A DNA stretch of 64,000 bases from contig OZ255842.1 in the NCBI GenBank assembly GCA_965277805.1, forward strand, positions 3,616,001 through 3,680,000, written 5' to 3'. Below the pieces are notes generated by a model that was given only the letters and a program-made list of their open reading frames with translations, ran no database searches and was not told the DNA's origin. A program made the translations under genes and the position numbers. Shown here piece by piece: positions 39,882 to 48,817 of this stretch. Within the stretch, counting starts at the first letter, position 1, and the number at the start of each line of letters is the position of its first letter. This stretch comes from Candidatus Lustribacter sp. GTDB taxonomy: Bacteria; Vulcanimicrobiota; Vulcanimicrobiia; Vulcanimicrobiales; Vulcanimicrobiaceae.

Positions 39882-40406
39882 ATGGCGCTCCAAGTACGCG
39901 ACCTGACGATCGCCGGTGCCCGCGTATTCACCCCCGATGTGTTCCGGGACGAACGCGGATATTTCAAAGAAATTTACACAACCTCGAAATACCGGTCGCT
40001 CGGCATTCCCGACGAGTTCGTTCAGGACAGCGTCTCGTTTTCCACCAAGAACGTGCTACGCGGTTTGCACGGCGATCCGGAGATGAGCAAACTCGTGACC
40101 GTGCTCGCCGGCAAGGTGTGGGACGTCATCGTCGACGTGCGCAAAGACTCACCCACCTATAAGAAGTGGGAAGGCCTCGAACTGAGCGGCGACAACCACG
40201 CGCAACTCTACATCCCGAAGGGCTGCGCGCACGGATTCCTCACGCTCACCGATAACGTCGTCTTCGCCTACAAACACGGCGCGCTGTACGACCCGCAACG
40301 CGAGTTCGCATACCGGTGGAACGACCCGGCGTTCGCAATCACGTGGCCGCTCACCGGCGACCCGATCCTCTCCCCCAAAGACCGCGCAGCGCCGCTCTTC
40401 GAGTAG
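39882..40406 (+). CDS. rfbC: dTDP-4-dehydrorhamnose 3,5-epimerase
   Basis: DERGYF, VLRGLH, DVRKDSPT, GCAHGF, WNDP. Confidence 0.95.
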   Translation: MALQVRDLTIAGARVFTPDVFRDERGYFKEIYTTSKYRSLGIPDEFVQDSVSFSTKNVLRGLHGDPEMSKLVTVLAGKVWDVIVDVRKDSPTYKKWEGLELSGDNHAQLYIPKGCAHGFLTLTDNVVFAYKHGALYDPQREFAYRWNDPAFAITWPLTGDPILSPKDRAAPLFE

Positions 40407-40409
40407 TCT

Positions 40410-40443
40410 TGTCATCCCGAGCTTGTCGAGGGACCGCCACCAG
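40410..40443 (+). repeat. REP-like repeat, copy 7
   Basis: TGTCATCCCGAGCTTGTCGAGGGACCGCCACCAG. Confidence 0.9.
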
Positions 40444-40445
40444 GC

Positions 40446-40471
40446 TGGAACTTTCGCGCGCGGGCTGCGTA
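40446..40471 (+). promoter_or_regulatory. ECF sigma autoregulatory promoter
   Basis: TGGAAC-N16-CGTA, close to the SigW consensus TGAAAC-N16-CGTA. Confidence 0.7.
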
Positions 40472-40504
40472 TCTAGGATGGTGCCCACTCTCGCAGAGGG
40501 ACGG

Positions 40505-41137
40505 ATGATCATCGAAGAGGCCGCCGACGAGCAGCTCGTCGGCCAGATACTTGCCGGAGACCGGGACGCTTTCGCTCTCCTGGTCGAGCGGTATAAGCGT
40601 GGAATCGCGAATTTTATCGGCGCGGGCGTTCGCTCGTCCTCGGACGTGGCGGATCTAACCCAGGAGACGTTTCTCCGGGCCTACGCCCATTTGGGGACTT
40701 ACAACGCCGAGCTCGGCCGGTTCTCGACCTGGCTCTACCACATCGCCCGCAACGTCGTGCGGACGTTCCTCGGCCGCTCGCAGCGCCGCCCCGTGGCCGC
40801 CGAGCTCGGCGAGGACCGCACGCTCGAGAACAGCCTGCCCGACGCCTCGGCCGATGCCGACCCGATGGGCGGGGTGCTGCGCAGCGAAGCCGAGGCCGAA
40901 GTGCGCGCCGCACTGGCCGATCTGCCGGAACGCACGCGCACGGTGCTCGCGCTGCGCTACTACGACAACATGGATTACCAGTCGATCGCGACCACGATGG
41001 GTCTCTCGCTCGGCAACGTCAAGACGCTGATCCATCGCGGCAAACTCGCGCTTGCGCAGAAGTTCCGCGAACGCGAAGCCGCCGCCGTTGCGGGCGCCGG
41101 CATTATACGGGGACACGGTGATCTGCAGCTGGTGTGA
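40505..41137 (+). CDS. ECF RNA polymerase sigma factor
   Basis: DLTQETFLRA, FSTWLYHIARN, GNVKTLIHRGK; alternative ATG at 40478. Confidence 0.9.
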   Translation: MIIEEAADEQLVGQILAGDRDAFALLVERYKRGIANFIGAGVRSSSDVADLTQETFLRAYAHLGTYNAELGRFSTWLYHIARNVVRTFLGRSQRRPVAAELGEDRTLENSLPDASADADPMGGVLRSEAEAEVRAALADLPERTRTVLALRYYDNMDYQSIATTMGLSLGNVKTLIHRGKLALAQKFREREAAAVAGAGIIRGHGDLQLV

Positions 41138-41663
41138 GGAGCGCTTCGAGCGCTTCATCGACGGTGAGCTGAGCGACGGCGAACGCGCGCGTTTGCTCGC
41201 GCACGTCGACACCTGCGATGCATGCCGCGGCTTGCTGGAAGAGCTGCGCGTCGTCGATGCGCTGCTGCTGACACCGCGCACGATCGAGCTGCCGGAAAAC
41301 TTCACCTTCGCGACGATGGCCGACGTGAAGGCGCTGCCGCACCCGTGCCCGTTACGGACGCCGCTCGCCGCCACGCTGATCGCATACGTGGTCGGCGCAT
41401 GGTCACTGCTCGGCGCGGCCGCGCTCATCGCGCCGCAACACGTGATCGCTGCCTGCCAAAGCATTTTCGCCGTGGCCGGCACGGTGATGGCCGCCTTCGG
41501 CGGACTCTGGCATACGTTCGTGCACCTGGGCGATCGCAGCGGACTCGGATCCGTGACGACGCTTGCGGGCGGCGCGCTCCTGGCCGACGGCATCGTACTG
41601 CTGGCCATCGTGCTCTTGCTGCGCGCCGCACGGCCGCTCATCGCCGAGCGTTTGCGCTGGTGA
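41118..41663 (+). CDS. Zinc-binding anti-sigma factor (zf-HC2) with TM segments
   Basis: HVDTCDAC HxxxCxxC; two hydrophobic segments. Confidence 0.85.
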   Translation: MICSWCEERFERFIDGELSDGERARLLAHVDTCDACRGLLEELRVVDALLLTPRTIELPENFTFATMADVKALPHPCPLRTPLAATLIAYVVGAWSLLGAAALIAPQHVIAACQSIFAVAGTVMAAFGGLWHTFVHLGDRSGLGSVTTLAGGALLADGIVLLAIVLLLRAARPLIAERLRW

Positions 41664-42520
41664 TCGCGCGTTTGCGCCCATTGCTGCTGCTCGCGCTCGT
41701 CGTGCTCGCCTTCGCGGCGATCGCACCGCGCGCGGCGAGCGCGCACATCGACGATCACGGCAAGACGGTCTTCTTTCACAACGTCACGATCGGCTCGGAT
41801 GAAACCGTCGACGGCGACCTGACCGTGGTTTTCGGCGACGCGCACGTCGCCGGCCACGTCCGCGGTGACGTCAACACGATCTTCGGCAAGTGCTTCATCG
41901 AAGACGGCGCGCAGGTCGACGGTCAAGCCAACTGCATCACCGACGACGGTGCGCGCGCGCTCGCGCCGTGGTTCATGAACTCGGCCGCGTTCGATGCGTT
42001 CAAGAATCAGGACAAGCACCTGTTGGTGCGGTTCGGCGCGAGCGTGATCGTCCTACTCGTCTTCTTACTCTTTCCGGTGCGCATGCGTATGGCGCTCGAC
42101 CGGGTGGAACGGCACCCGGGGCTCTCGGCATTCGCCGGCATCGCCGCGGTGATGGCGTTCTTTCCGGTGGCCATCATGCTCGCGATTACGATCGTCGGCA
42201 TCCCGCTGATCGTCCTCGAATGCGCTGCGGTGTTCGTCGGGATCTGGCTCGGAACGGGCGCGATCGCGCTGCTGGTCGGCAAACGGCTGACGGAACTGAT
42301 CATGCCGTCGATCACGCCCTCGCCGCTGTGGGCCCTCATTTTGGGCCTCGTGATCGTCAGCGCCGCAGAGACGGTACCGTACATCGGCTGGGCCGTCACC
42401 GCCCTCGTGTGGCTGGTGGGCCTGGGGGCGTCGATCCTCGCGTTCTTGGGAACATCACCGATAGCAACGATGCGCCGGGTCGGGATTGGCGGGCCGCCGA
42501 TGCCCACGCGGCAAATCTAA
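41660..42520 (+). CDS. Membrane protein with N-terminal bactofilin-like beta-helix repeats
   Basis: VDGDLTVVFGDAHVAGHVRGDVNTIFG then ~5 TM helices. Confidence 0.7.
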   Translation: MIARLRPLLLLALVVLAFAAIAPRAASAHIDDHGKTVFFHNVTIGSDETVDGDLTVVFGDAHVAGHVRGDVNTIFGKCFIEDGAQVDGQANCITDDGARALAPWFMNSAAFDAFKNQDKHLLVRFGASVIVLLVFLLFPVRMRMALDRVERHPGLSAFAGIAAVMAFFPVAIMLAITIVGIPLIVLECAAVFVGIWLGTGAIALLVGKRLTELIMPSITPSPLWALILGLVIVSAAETVPYIGWAVTALVWLVGLGASILAFLGTSPIATMRRVGIGGPPMPTRQI

Positions 42521-42561
42521 ACGCCCCTCCGTTCCGCTACCCGTCCAAGCGAGGTCCTTCC

Positions 42562-42999
42562 GTGCCTTTCGTCGTGACCGGAATTTCCCAAGATGGTGAC
42601 ACCGCTGCCCTCGAGCAGACGCTAACGGCGGCCGGGCTGTCGCTCGAAGCGTTTGAGGTGTTAGGCCCCGAGAGCACGGGCGAATCTCACATCGGCGCCG
42701 GACTGGTCGATACGAGCATCTTGACCGGGGGCGGACTCGAAACGGGGACCGGCGTTCCCGGCCTCACCGGCAGCGGCGTTCCCGGGGTTTCCGGTGCTCC
42801 GAGCATCACCCAGATCGGCACCGAATCGCTGTGGGAACGCCTCGCGGATTTCGCGATCCCCGACGATGAAGTCGAGAATTACGCCGAAGCGTTGGAAGCC
42901 GGCCGAAGTATCGTCGCCTACCACGCTGACTCGAAGAGCGTGGCCAAGGTCGAGGGGCTGTTCAGCAGCGCCGGACTCTCGAAGATCAAGACGTTCTAG
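42562..42999 (+). CDS. General-stress (YflT/DUF1269-like) protein
   Basis: Gly-rich middle; IPDDEVENYAEALEAGRSIV; SD GAGG before GTG. Confidence 0.65.
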   Translation: MPFVVTGISQDGDTAALEQTLTAAGLSLEAFEVLGPESTGESHIGAGLVDTSILTGGGLETGTGVPGLTGSGVPGVSGAPSITQIGTESLWERLADFAIPDDEVENYAEALEAGRSIVAYHADSKSVAKVEGLFSSAGLSKIKTF

Positions 43000-44237
43000 C
43001 GTCCGAGAAATCGGCGCGCGACATTGCGGATTCTGGCCTTCAGCAGCGGGGGCGTTCGCTCCGCGATGGGCCGGACAAGTTCTTCGAAGTGCGTCGCCTC
43101 GCGCGGCAGCATCTCAAACCACGTGACGTGTTCGGAAACGAGATCGAGCGAGAACTGATGTTCCGGCGGCGGAACGGGTAGCGAAAACGTCGCGGAGACG
43201 TCGTCGCCGGGGTTGACGCCGTCCGCCGATACCGGGATGCGTGCATAGTTCGGATTGACGATGTCGCCGTTCGGCCCGACGAGCCGTACGCCGAGGCCGA
43301 CCGAGCCGATCGTTTCACCGGACGGCAACCACTTCGCCGTGCCGGTATTGCGCGCAGTGAACGTCACGACGGTGCCGTCCGCGCCGTAGTCGATCGTCGA
43401 GGTTAGGTTGCCGGCAAGACCGCGGGCACTGCGGCTATCGGTCGCTTCCGAGCCGGGCTTCCGCAAAAAGAACGTGCGGGTGACGAGACTCGCCCCGATC
43501 GCACCCAACACGGCCTCGGCTTCGCCGGGGGAAAATTGGCCGGAGATGCGGCGGTTGAACGACGCGACGTCCAGCAGATTCGCCGCCGGCGTATAAAACG
43601 CGACCTCCATCGGGAGGAAGCCGATCTCGCCGGCAAAGCGATCGAGATCCTCGATCACGATGTCGTTTTCGATGACGTCATGATGCGTCATTTCATATTG
43701 TGATTGCGGCGATCGCGAATGCTCCGGGCCGGGCTCGGCGAATGCGATGCGGCCGCCCGGACGAAGGATGCGGTAAAACTCACGCAGCGTACCGGCTTGA
43801 TCTGCGACGTGATGAAACGAGTCCATGCAGACGATCCGGTCGACGTCTTCATCCGGTAACGGGATGCCCTTGGCGTCCGTGCGCGCGAACGCGATCGGCA
43901 AATCGCGCGCGATCGGATCCTCGGCTTTGATACGCGCACCCTGCTCGAGGGCACGTGCAGACACGTCGGTGGCAATCACATCGCAACCGAGATACGCGAA
44001 GATGATGCTCAGCCAACACGTGCCGGCACCGAAATCGAGCAGGCGAAGGCCCGGGCGCAGGTCGAGATTATCGAGAATCAACGACAGGGCGCGGGTGATG
44101 CCTTGCGCCTCCATAGCGTTCATCCAAGGCTTGCGCCGAAGGAGCCAGTTATCGCCGATGCCTTCGAAATACGCGTCGGCCCGCGCTGCGTGTTCCTCCG
44201 GCGAATACCGGGCAATCAAATCCCGGACATCAATCAT
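42996..44237 (-). CDS. Class I SAM methyltransferase with C-terminal Ig-like domain
   Basis: LLDFGAGTCW, SFHHV, LRPGG. Confidence 0.85.
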   Translation of the reverse strand: MIDVRDLIARYSPEEHAARADAYFEGIGDNWLLRRKPWMNAMEAQGITRALSLILDNLDLRPGLRLLDFGAGTCWLSIIFAYLGCDVIATDVSARALEQGARIKAEDPIARDLPIAFARTDAKGIPLPDEDVDRIVCMDSFHHVADQAGTLREFYRILRPGGRIAFAEPGPEHSRSPQSQYEMTHHDVIENDIVIEDLDRFAGEIGFLPMEVAFYTPAANLLDVASFNRRISGQFSPGEAEAVLGAIGASLVTRTFFLRKPGSEATDSRSARGLAGNLTSTIDYGADGTVVTFTARNTGTAKWLPSGETIGSVGLGVRLVGPNGDIVNPNYARIPVSADGVNPGDDVSATFSLPVPPPEHQFSLDLVSEHVTWFEMLPREATHFEELVRPIAERTPPLLKARIRNVARRFLGR

Positions 44238-44279
44238 CCGGGCCGATTCTCTAGCGCCAGTGCGCTATCCGCCCACACG

Positions 44280-45005
44280 TTAGTGCTCGGCGCGTTTTGC
44301 CGCGACGAGCTGGCTGGCGCGAAAAAGGCTCTCGAATTGGCCGGCGTCCGTCCACCAGCCATCCAAGATGTCATAGCGCAAATCGCCGGCCGCCACATAG
44401 GCGTTGTTGACGTCGGTGATTTCCAGCTCACCGCGCTTCGAAGGCTTCAAGACGCGGCAATAGTCGAACACGCGACCGTCGTACATGTAGATGCCGGTAA
44501 CCGCGTATTTGCTTTTCGGCACCTTCGGCTTCTCTTCGATGCTGACGATGCGGTCGCCGTCGAGTTCGGGCACGCCGAAACGTTCGGGATCTTCGACTTC
44601 CTTGAGCAGCAAACGCGCACCGCTCTTCTGCGCCTTGAACTTCTCGACGTACGGCGTGATGTCGTCTTCGATGATATTGTCGCCAAGAATCACGCACACC
44701 GAGTCGCCTTTGGCGAAATGTTCGCACAGCTTGAGCGCATCGGCAATCCCGCCTTCGCCCTCCTGATACGTGTACGAGATATCGTTCAAGCCGAACTCGC
44801 GGCCGTTGCCGAGCAGGCGCAGAAAGTCGCCGGCCGAGTTACCGCCGGTGACGACCATGATTTCGCTGATGCCTGCCTGGCACAACGTCTCGAGCGGATA
44901 GTAGATCATCGGCTTGTCGTACACCGGCAGCAGATGCTTGTTCGTGACCTTCGTCAGGGGCCGTAGACGCGAACCGAGTCCGCCGGCGAGAATGATGCCC
45001 TTCAT
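44280..45005 (-). CDS. rfbA: Glucose-1-phosphate thymidylyltransferase (short SpsI/RmlA type)
   Basis: GIILAGGLGSRL, KHLLPVYDKPM, EEKP, GELEITD. Confidence 0.9.
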   Translation of the reverse strand: MKGIILAGGLGSRLRPLTKVTNKHLLPVYDKPMIYYPLETLCQAGISEIMVVTGGNSAGDFLRLLGNGREFGLNDISYTYQEGEGGIADALKLCEHFAKGDSVCVILGDNIIEDDITPYVEKFKAQKSGARLLLKEVEDPERFGVPELDGDRIVSIEEKPKVPKSKYAVTGIYMYDGRVFDYCRVLKPSKRGELEITDVNNAYVAAGDLRYDILDGWWTDAGQFESLFRASQLVAAKRAEH

Positions 45006-45067
45006 GCGTCGGCTCGGGTTCGCCGAGGGGAGCGATAGCACCGTCCATGCGAACATAGGCCAACGCA

Positions 45068-45838
45068 ATGGATCTGCGCTTATCGCTCGCCGGCCTCATC
45101 GTGGGCATCTTCGTCGGTCTTTCCGGCGTGGGCGGGAGCGCAATCTTGGCCCCGGTGCTCATTTTGCTCTTGGGCGTGAAGCCCACGCTCGTGATTGGCA
45201 CCGACCTGCTCTACAGCGTACCGACGAAGATCTTCGCGGCCGTGCTCCACTATCGGCAAGGCACGATCGACTGGGCCGTGACGCGCATGCTCCTTGCCGG
45301 CGGTGTCCCCGGGGCGATTGCCGGCATCATCACCTTCGGCGAGTTGCGAGCGCACCTGCCCGTCGACGTCTTCGAGACGGCCCTGCGGCACGGCATCGGC
45401 GTCGCGATCCTCTTGGCCAGCGGCGGGTCGCTCTTGCTGATTTTCCGTCCGCGCCCACCGCAATCGGAATCGGCCAACGCGTTGCCGGAACGCCCGGTCG
45501 CGGTCGCCGCAATCGGTGCGGTCGTTGGTGCGCTCGTCGCGCTGACGTCGGTCGGCAGCGGCTCGATCACGCTGCCGTTGCTACTGCTCACACTGCCCGC
45601 GATCGCGATGCGGCGGCTGATCGGCTCGGAGATTGCGTTCGCCGCATTTCTCGTGCCCGTTGCCGCGGTCGGCCAAGGCGCGTTCGGAAACGTCAGCTGG
45701 CCGATGGCCGGCGCGCTGCTTTTGGGCTCGGTCCCCGGCGTATGGATCGGCGCGAAACTCTGCAGCTGGCTCGGTGACGCGTGGCTGCGTCCCGCGATCG
45801 TTATCGTATTGGCGTTCGCCGGCTCGCGACTGCTCTAA
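45068..45838 (+). CDS. TauE/SafE sulfite exporter family
   Basis: GLSGVGGSA, IGTDL, TSVGSGS. Confidence 0.85.
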   Translation: MDLRLSLAGLIVGIFVGLSGVGGSAILAPVLILLLGVKPTLVIGTDLLYSVPTKIFAAVLHYRQGTIDWAVTRMLLAGGVPGAIAGIITFGELRAHLPVDVFETALRHGIGVAILLASGGSLLLIFRPRPPQSESANALPERPVAVAAIGAVVGALVALTSVGSGSITLPLLLLTLPAIAMRRLIGSEIAFAAFLVPVAAVGQGAFGNVSWPMAGALLLGSVPGVWIGAKLCSWLGDAWLRPAIVIVLAFAGSRLL

Positions 45839-45846
45839 CCGCCGCG

Positions 45847-46857
45847 CTAGCGCGAAGCGTACTGCGTCTTGTAGTACTCGCGGAATTCGCCGGACTTGAT
45901 CGGCCGCCACCAGGCTTCATTCGTGCGGTACCATTCCACCGTGTCGCGCAGCCCGCGTTCGAAATCGACGGTGGGCGTCCAGCCTAAGCGCGCGGCTTTC
46001 GAGGCATCGAGCGAATAGCGGCGGTCGTGTCCGGCGCGATCCGTCACGTGGCGCACGTGCGTGTCCCACGTGCGGCCGGTGGCCGCGAGCAAGACCTTCG
46101 TGATCTCGAGGTTCTCGCGGCTGTTGCCGCCGCCGAGGTTGTAGATCTCCCCGAGCGTGCCGTGCTCGAGCACGTGCAGGATGCCGCGCGCGTGATCGTC
46201 GACGTGCATCCAATCGCGGATCTGTTTGCCGTCACCGTAGACCGGCACCGGCGCGTCGTCGATCAGATTGGTCGCGAAGAGCGGTATCAGCTTTTCCGGA
46301 TATTGATACGGGCCGTACGTGTTGGAACCGCGCGTGATGAGGACGGGCGTATCGTAGGTCGTCGCGTACGCAAGGACTTGCAGGTCGCCGCCGGCTTTCG
46401 ATGCGGCGTAGGGCGAGCGCGGCCGGATCGGATCTTCTTCGGTCGAGCTGCCGCGCTCGATGTCGCCGTAGACTTCGTCGGTCGAAACTTGAAGGAAGCG
46501 CGCGATCTTCTGTTCGCGCACCGCTTCGAGCAGCACGTGCGTGCCGAGCACGTCCGTCTTGATGAACTGCTCGGGCGCGAGGATCGAGCGATCGACGTGC
46601 GACTCCGCGGCGAAATTCACGATCGCGGTTGCGCCGGTGCCGATTGCCTCACGCACCGCGCTCGCATCGCAGATGTCGCCGCGGACGAACCGATAGCGTG
46701 CGTCGCCGGCGACCTCGCGCACGTTCTCGGGGTTGGCCGCATAGGTCATCGCATCAAGCACGGTCACGTGAAGGCCGGGACGCTCGCGTACGATCATCCG
46801 GACGAACGCCGATCCGATGAAGCCGAGACCACCCGTGACAACCCAGTGCTGGTTCAC
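45847..46857 (-). CDS. rfbB: dTDP-glucose 4,6-dehydratase
   Basis: TGGLGFIG, AAESHVDRS, STDEVYG, YPEKLIP, GHDRRY. Confidence 0.95.
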   Translation of the reverse strand: MNQHWVVTGGLGFIGSAFVRMIVRERPGLHVTVLDAMTYAANPENVREVAGDARYRFVRGDICDASAVREAIGTGATAIVNFAAESHVDRSILAPEQFIKTDVLGTHVLLEAVREQKIARFLQVSTDEVYGDIERGSSTEEDPIRPRSPYAASKAGGDLQVLAYATTYDTPVLITRGSNTYGPYQYPEKLIPLFATNLIDDAPVPVYGDGKQIRDWMHVDDHARGILHVLEHGTLGEIYNLGGGNSRENLEITKVLLAATGRTWDTHVRHVTDRAGHDRRYSLDASKAARLGWTPTVDFERGLRDTVEWYRTNEAWWRPIKSGEFREYYKTQYASR

Positions 46858-46942
46858 GTTAGCGGCCTGCGCGAACGGAGCATGCCGCTCCTTCCTTCAT
46901 GAGACGCGAGGGGCGGGATTCAAGGGACAAGAAACGCGGGGA

Positions 46943-48817
46943 GTGCACGCTAAATCGTGGATGTTCTACGCCGCGACGGCCATCCTCGCGTTTCTCGGCG
47001 CATTCTTCATCATGCACCTGTGGGACATGCATCTGAACGTCCCGCTCTACTTTGCCCGCGGCGGCGACGAGTTACCGACGCTGGTTTGGGTCAAAGCGAT
47101 GATGGACGACGGGTGGGTCAATACGATCACGCACCTCGGTGCACCAACCGCCCTTTCGACCGGCGATTTTCCGGTCACGGCGCTCGTCCATCTCGGCGTT
47201 CTCAAAATTCTGACGCTCATCGTGCACGACGTCGGAACCGCGATCAACCTGTATTTCATCGCGGGCTTCTCGCTGATTGCGATATCGAGCGCTTATGTCT
47301 TGCGACGCTTCGGCATCTCGTGGCCGGCGGCGATGATGGTTTCCGTCGTATACGCGCTGTTGCCGATGCGTTTCTATCGCAACGAAGCGCATCTTCCGTA
47401 CGGACAATACTTTCTCTATCCCATCCTTGCGCTCGCGACGCTTTGGATCTACCGGGGCGAACGGCTATTCGACGCGAGCAAGCGACGCCCAACCCGCGAC
47501 GGCTACATTTATCTCATCGGGCTCGTTGCCGTCGCGTGGGATAACCCGTTGCTCGCGGCCTTCGCGATTATGATCCTCGCGCTGGCGGGACTAGCATCGG
47601 CGATACGGACGCGCACGTGGAAAGGCGCGATGACCGCCGTAGCCGGCGTCGTGCTTCTCGTCGTTGCATTGGAAGCGAGCATGCTTCCGAACATACTCTA
47701 CGTCAAGCAGCACGGCAAGAACCCCGTCGCGATGGCCTACTCGGGAGAAGGCACCGAGCTTTACGCCTTGACGCTGCCCCAACTCGTGTTACCGATTCAG
47801 TCACATCGCATTCCGGCTCTTGCGCAGGTACGTGCTCGCTTCGATTCGGGCATACCGATGTTTTCGAACGAAAACAGCTCGGCCACGCTCGGGCTCCTGG
47901 CGACGCTCGGCTTCGTAGGATCGATTGTTGCATTTCTGCTGTTCCGGGCCAACGCGTTCGAGGCACTCTGGCCCGATCTCGCGCGGCTCAACATCGCCAC
48001 GTTTCTCTTGATCACCATTGGGTCAGTCGGCGCGCTGATCGGATTCTATTTCGAGCCCGACCTTCGCGGCTACAACCGGTACTCGCCGATGATCGGATTC
48101 CTATCGCTCGCGACCGTTGCAATCGCGCTCGACGCGATCCGGCGACGCTGGCCGGAAACGCGCGCTCGGGACGGCGCCTGGATCGCAGCGCTGCTCCTCA
48201 TCGGCGTGCTCGCGATCCTCGATCAAACCTCCGACGCGTTTGTCCCGGCATACGCAGCCGATCTTCAAGCCTACACCGGGGATGCGCACTATGCGGCGGT
48301 GCTCGAGAAGCACTTCGCCCCGAACGCCGCCCTCTATCAGATCCCATACGTGCCGTTCCCCGTCTGGCCCACCGTCGTGAACCTCGGGTCGTGGGAACAG
48401 ACGGCGCTCTATTTGCATTCGACCACCCTGCGGTACAGCTACGGTTCGACGAACGGACGCCCCAGCGGTGAGTGGCAAGAGTACGTTGCCGCCCAAGACC
48501 CGCGGCAGTTTCTCGAACAGATTATCCTCGGCGGCTTCGACGGCGTTCTCGTGTATCGTCGCGGCTATAAGGACAACGGCGCCGCGATCGAAAAAGACCT
48601 CGGCTCGCTGCTGCGCCAAACGCCGATCGTCCGCGACGACGGCACGATTGCAGCCTACGATATCAGCAAACTACAAGCAAGCTACGAAGCCCGCGCCGGC
48701 ACGGCGCTTGTAGATCACGTGCGGACAGAATTGCTGACGCCCAAAGTCGACTGGGATACGTCGCTGACAGCGGCGACGAAAATCGTCGACCAGCTGCTCG
48801 CGGAGACGTCCCGTTGA
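46943..48817 (+). CDS. Polytopic membrane protein, GT-C-like (paralog A)
   Basis: GGDE after TM1; many TMs; C-terminal extracellular domain; GTG 46943 with SD GGGGA. Confidence 0.6.
   Translation: MHAKSWMFYAATAILAFLGAFFIMHLWDMHLNVPLYFARGGDELPTLVWVKAMMDDGWVNTITHLGAPTALSTGDFPVTALVHLGVLKILTLIVHDVGTAINLYFIAGFSLIAISSAYVLRRFGISWPAAMMVSVVYALLPMRFYRNEAHLPYGQYFLYPILALATLWIYRGERLFDASKRRPTRDGYIYLIGLVAVAWDNPLLAAFAIMILALAGLASAIRTRTWKGAMTAVAGVVLLVVALEASMLPNILYVKQHGKNPVAMAYSGEGTELYALTLPQLVLPIQSHRIPALAQVRARFDSGIPMFSNENSSATLGLLATLGFVGSIVAFLLFRANAFEALWPDLARLNIATFLLITIGSVGALIGFYFEPDLRGYNRYSPMIGFLSLATVAIALDAIRRRWPETRARDGAWIAALLLIGVLAILDQTSDAFVPAYAADLQAYTGDAHYAAVLEKHFAPNAALYQIPYVPFPVWPTVVNLGSWEQTALYLHSTTLRYSYGSTNGRPSGEWQEYVAAQDPRQFLEQIILGGFDGVLVYRRGYKDNGAAIEKDLGSLLRQTPIVRDDGTIAAYDISKLQASYEARAGTALVDHVRTELLTPKVDWDTSLTAATKIVDQLLAETSR

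Noticed and set aside
41222-42999. 432-aa and 369-aa ORFs in the ECF region
   Set aside because: N-terminal parts are off-frame; real starts are 41660 and 42562
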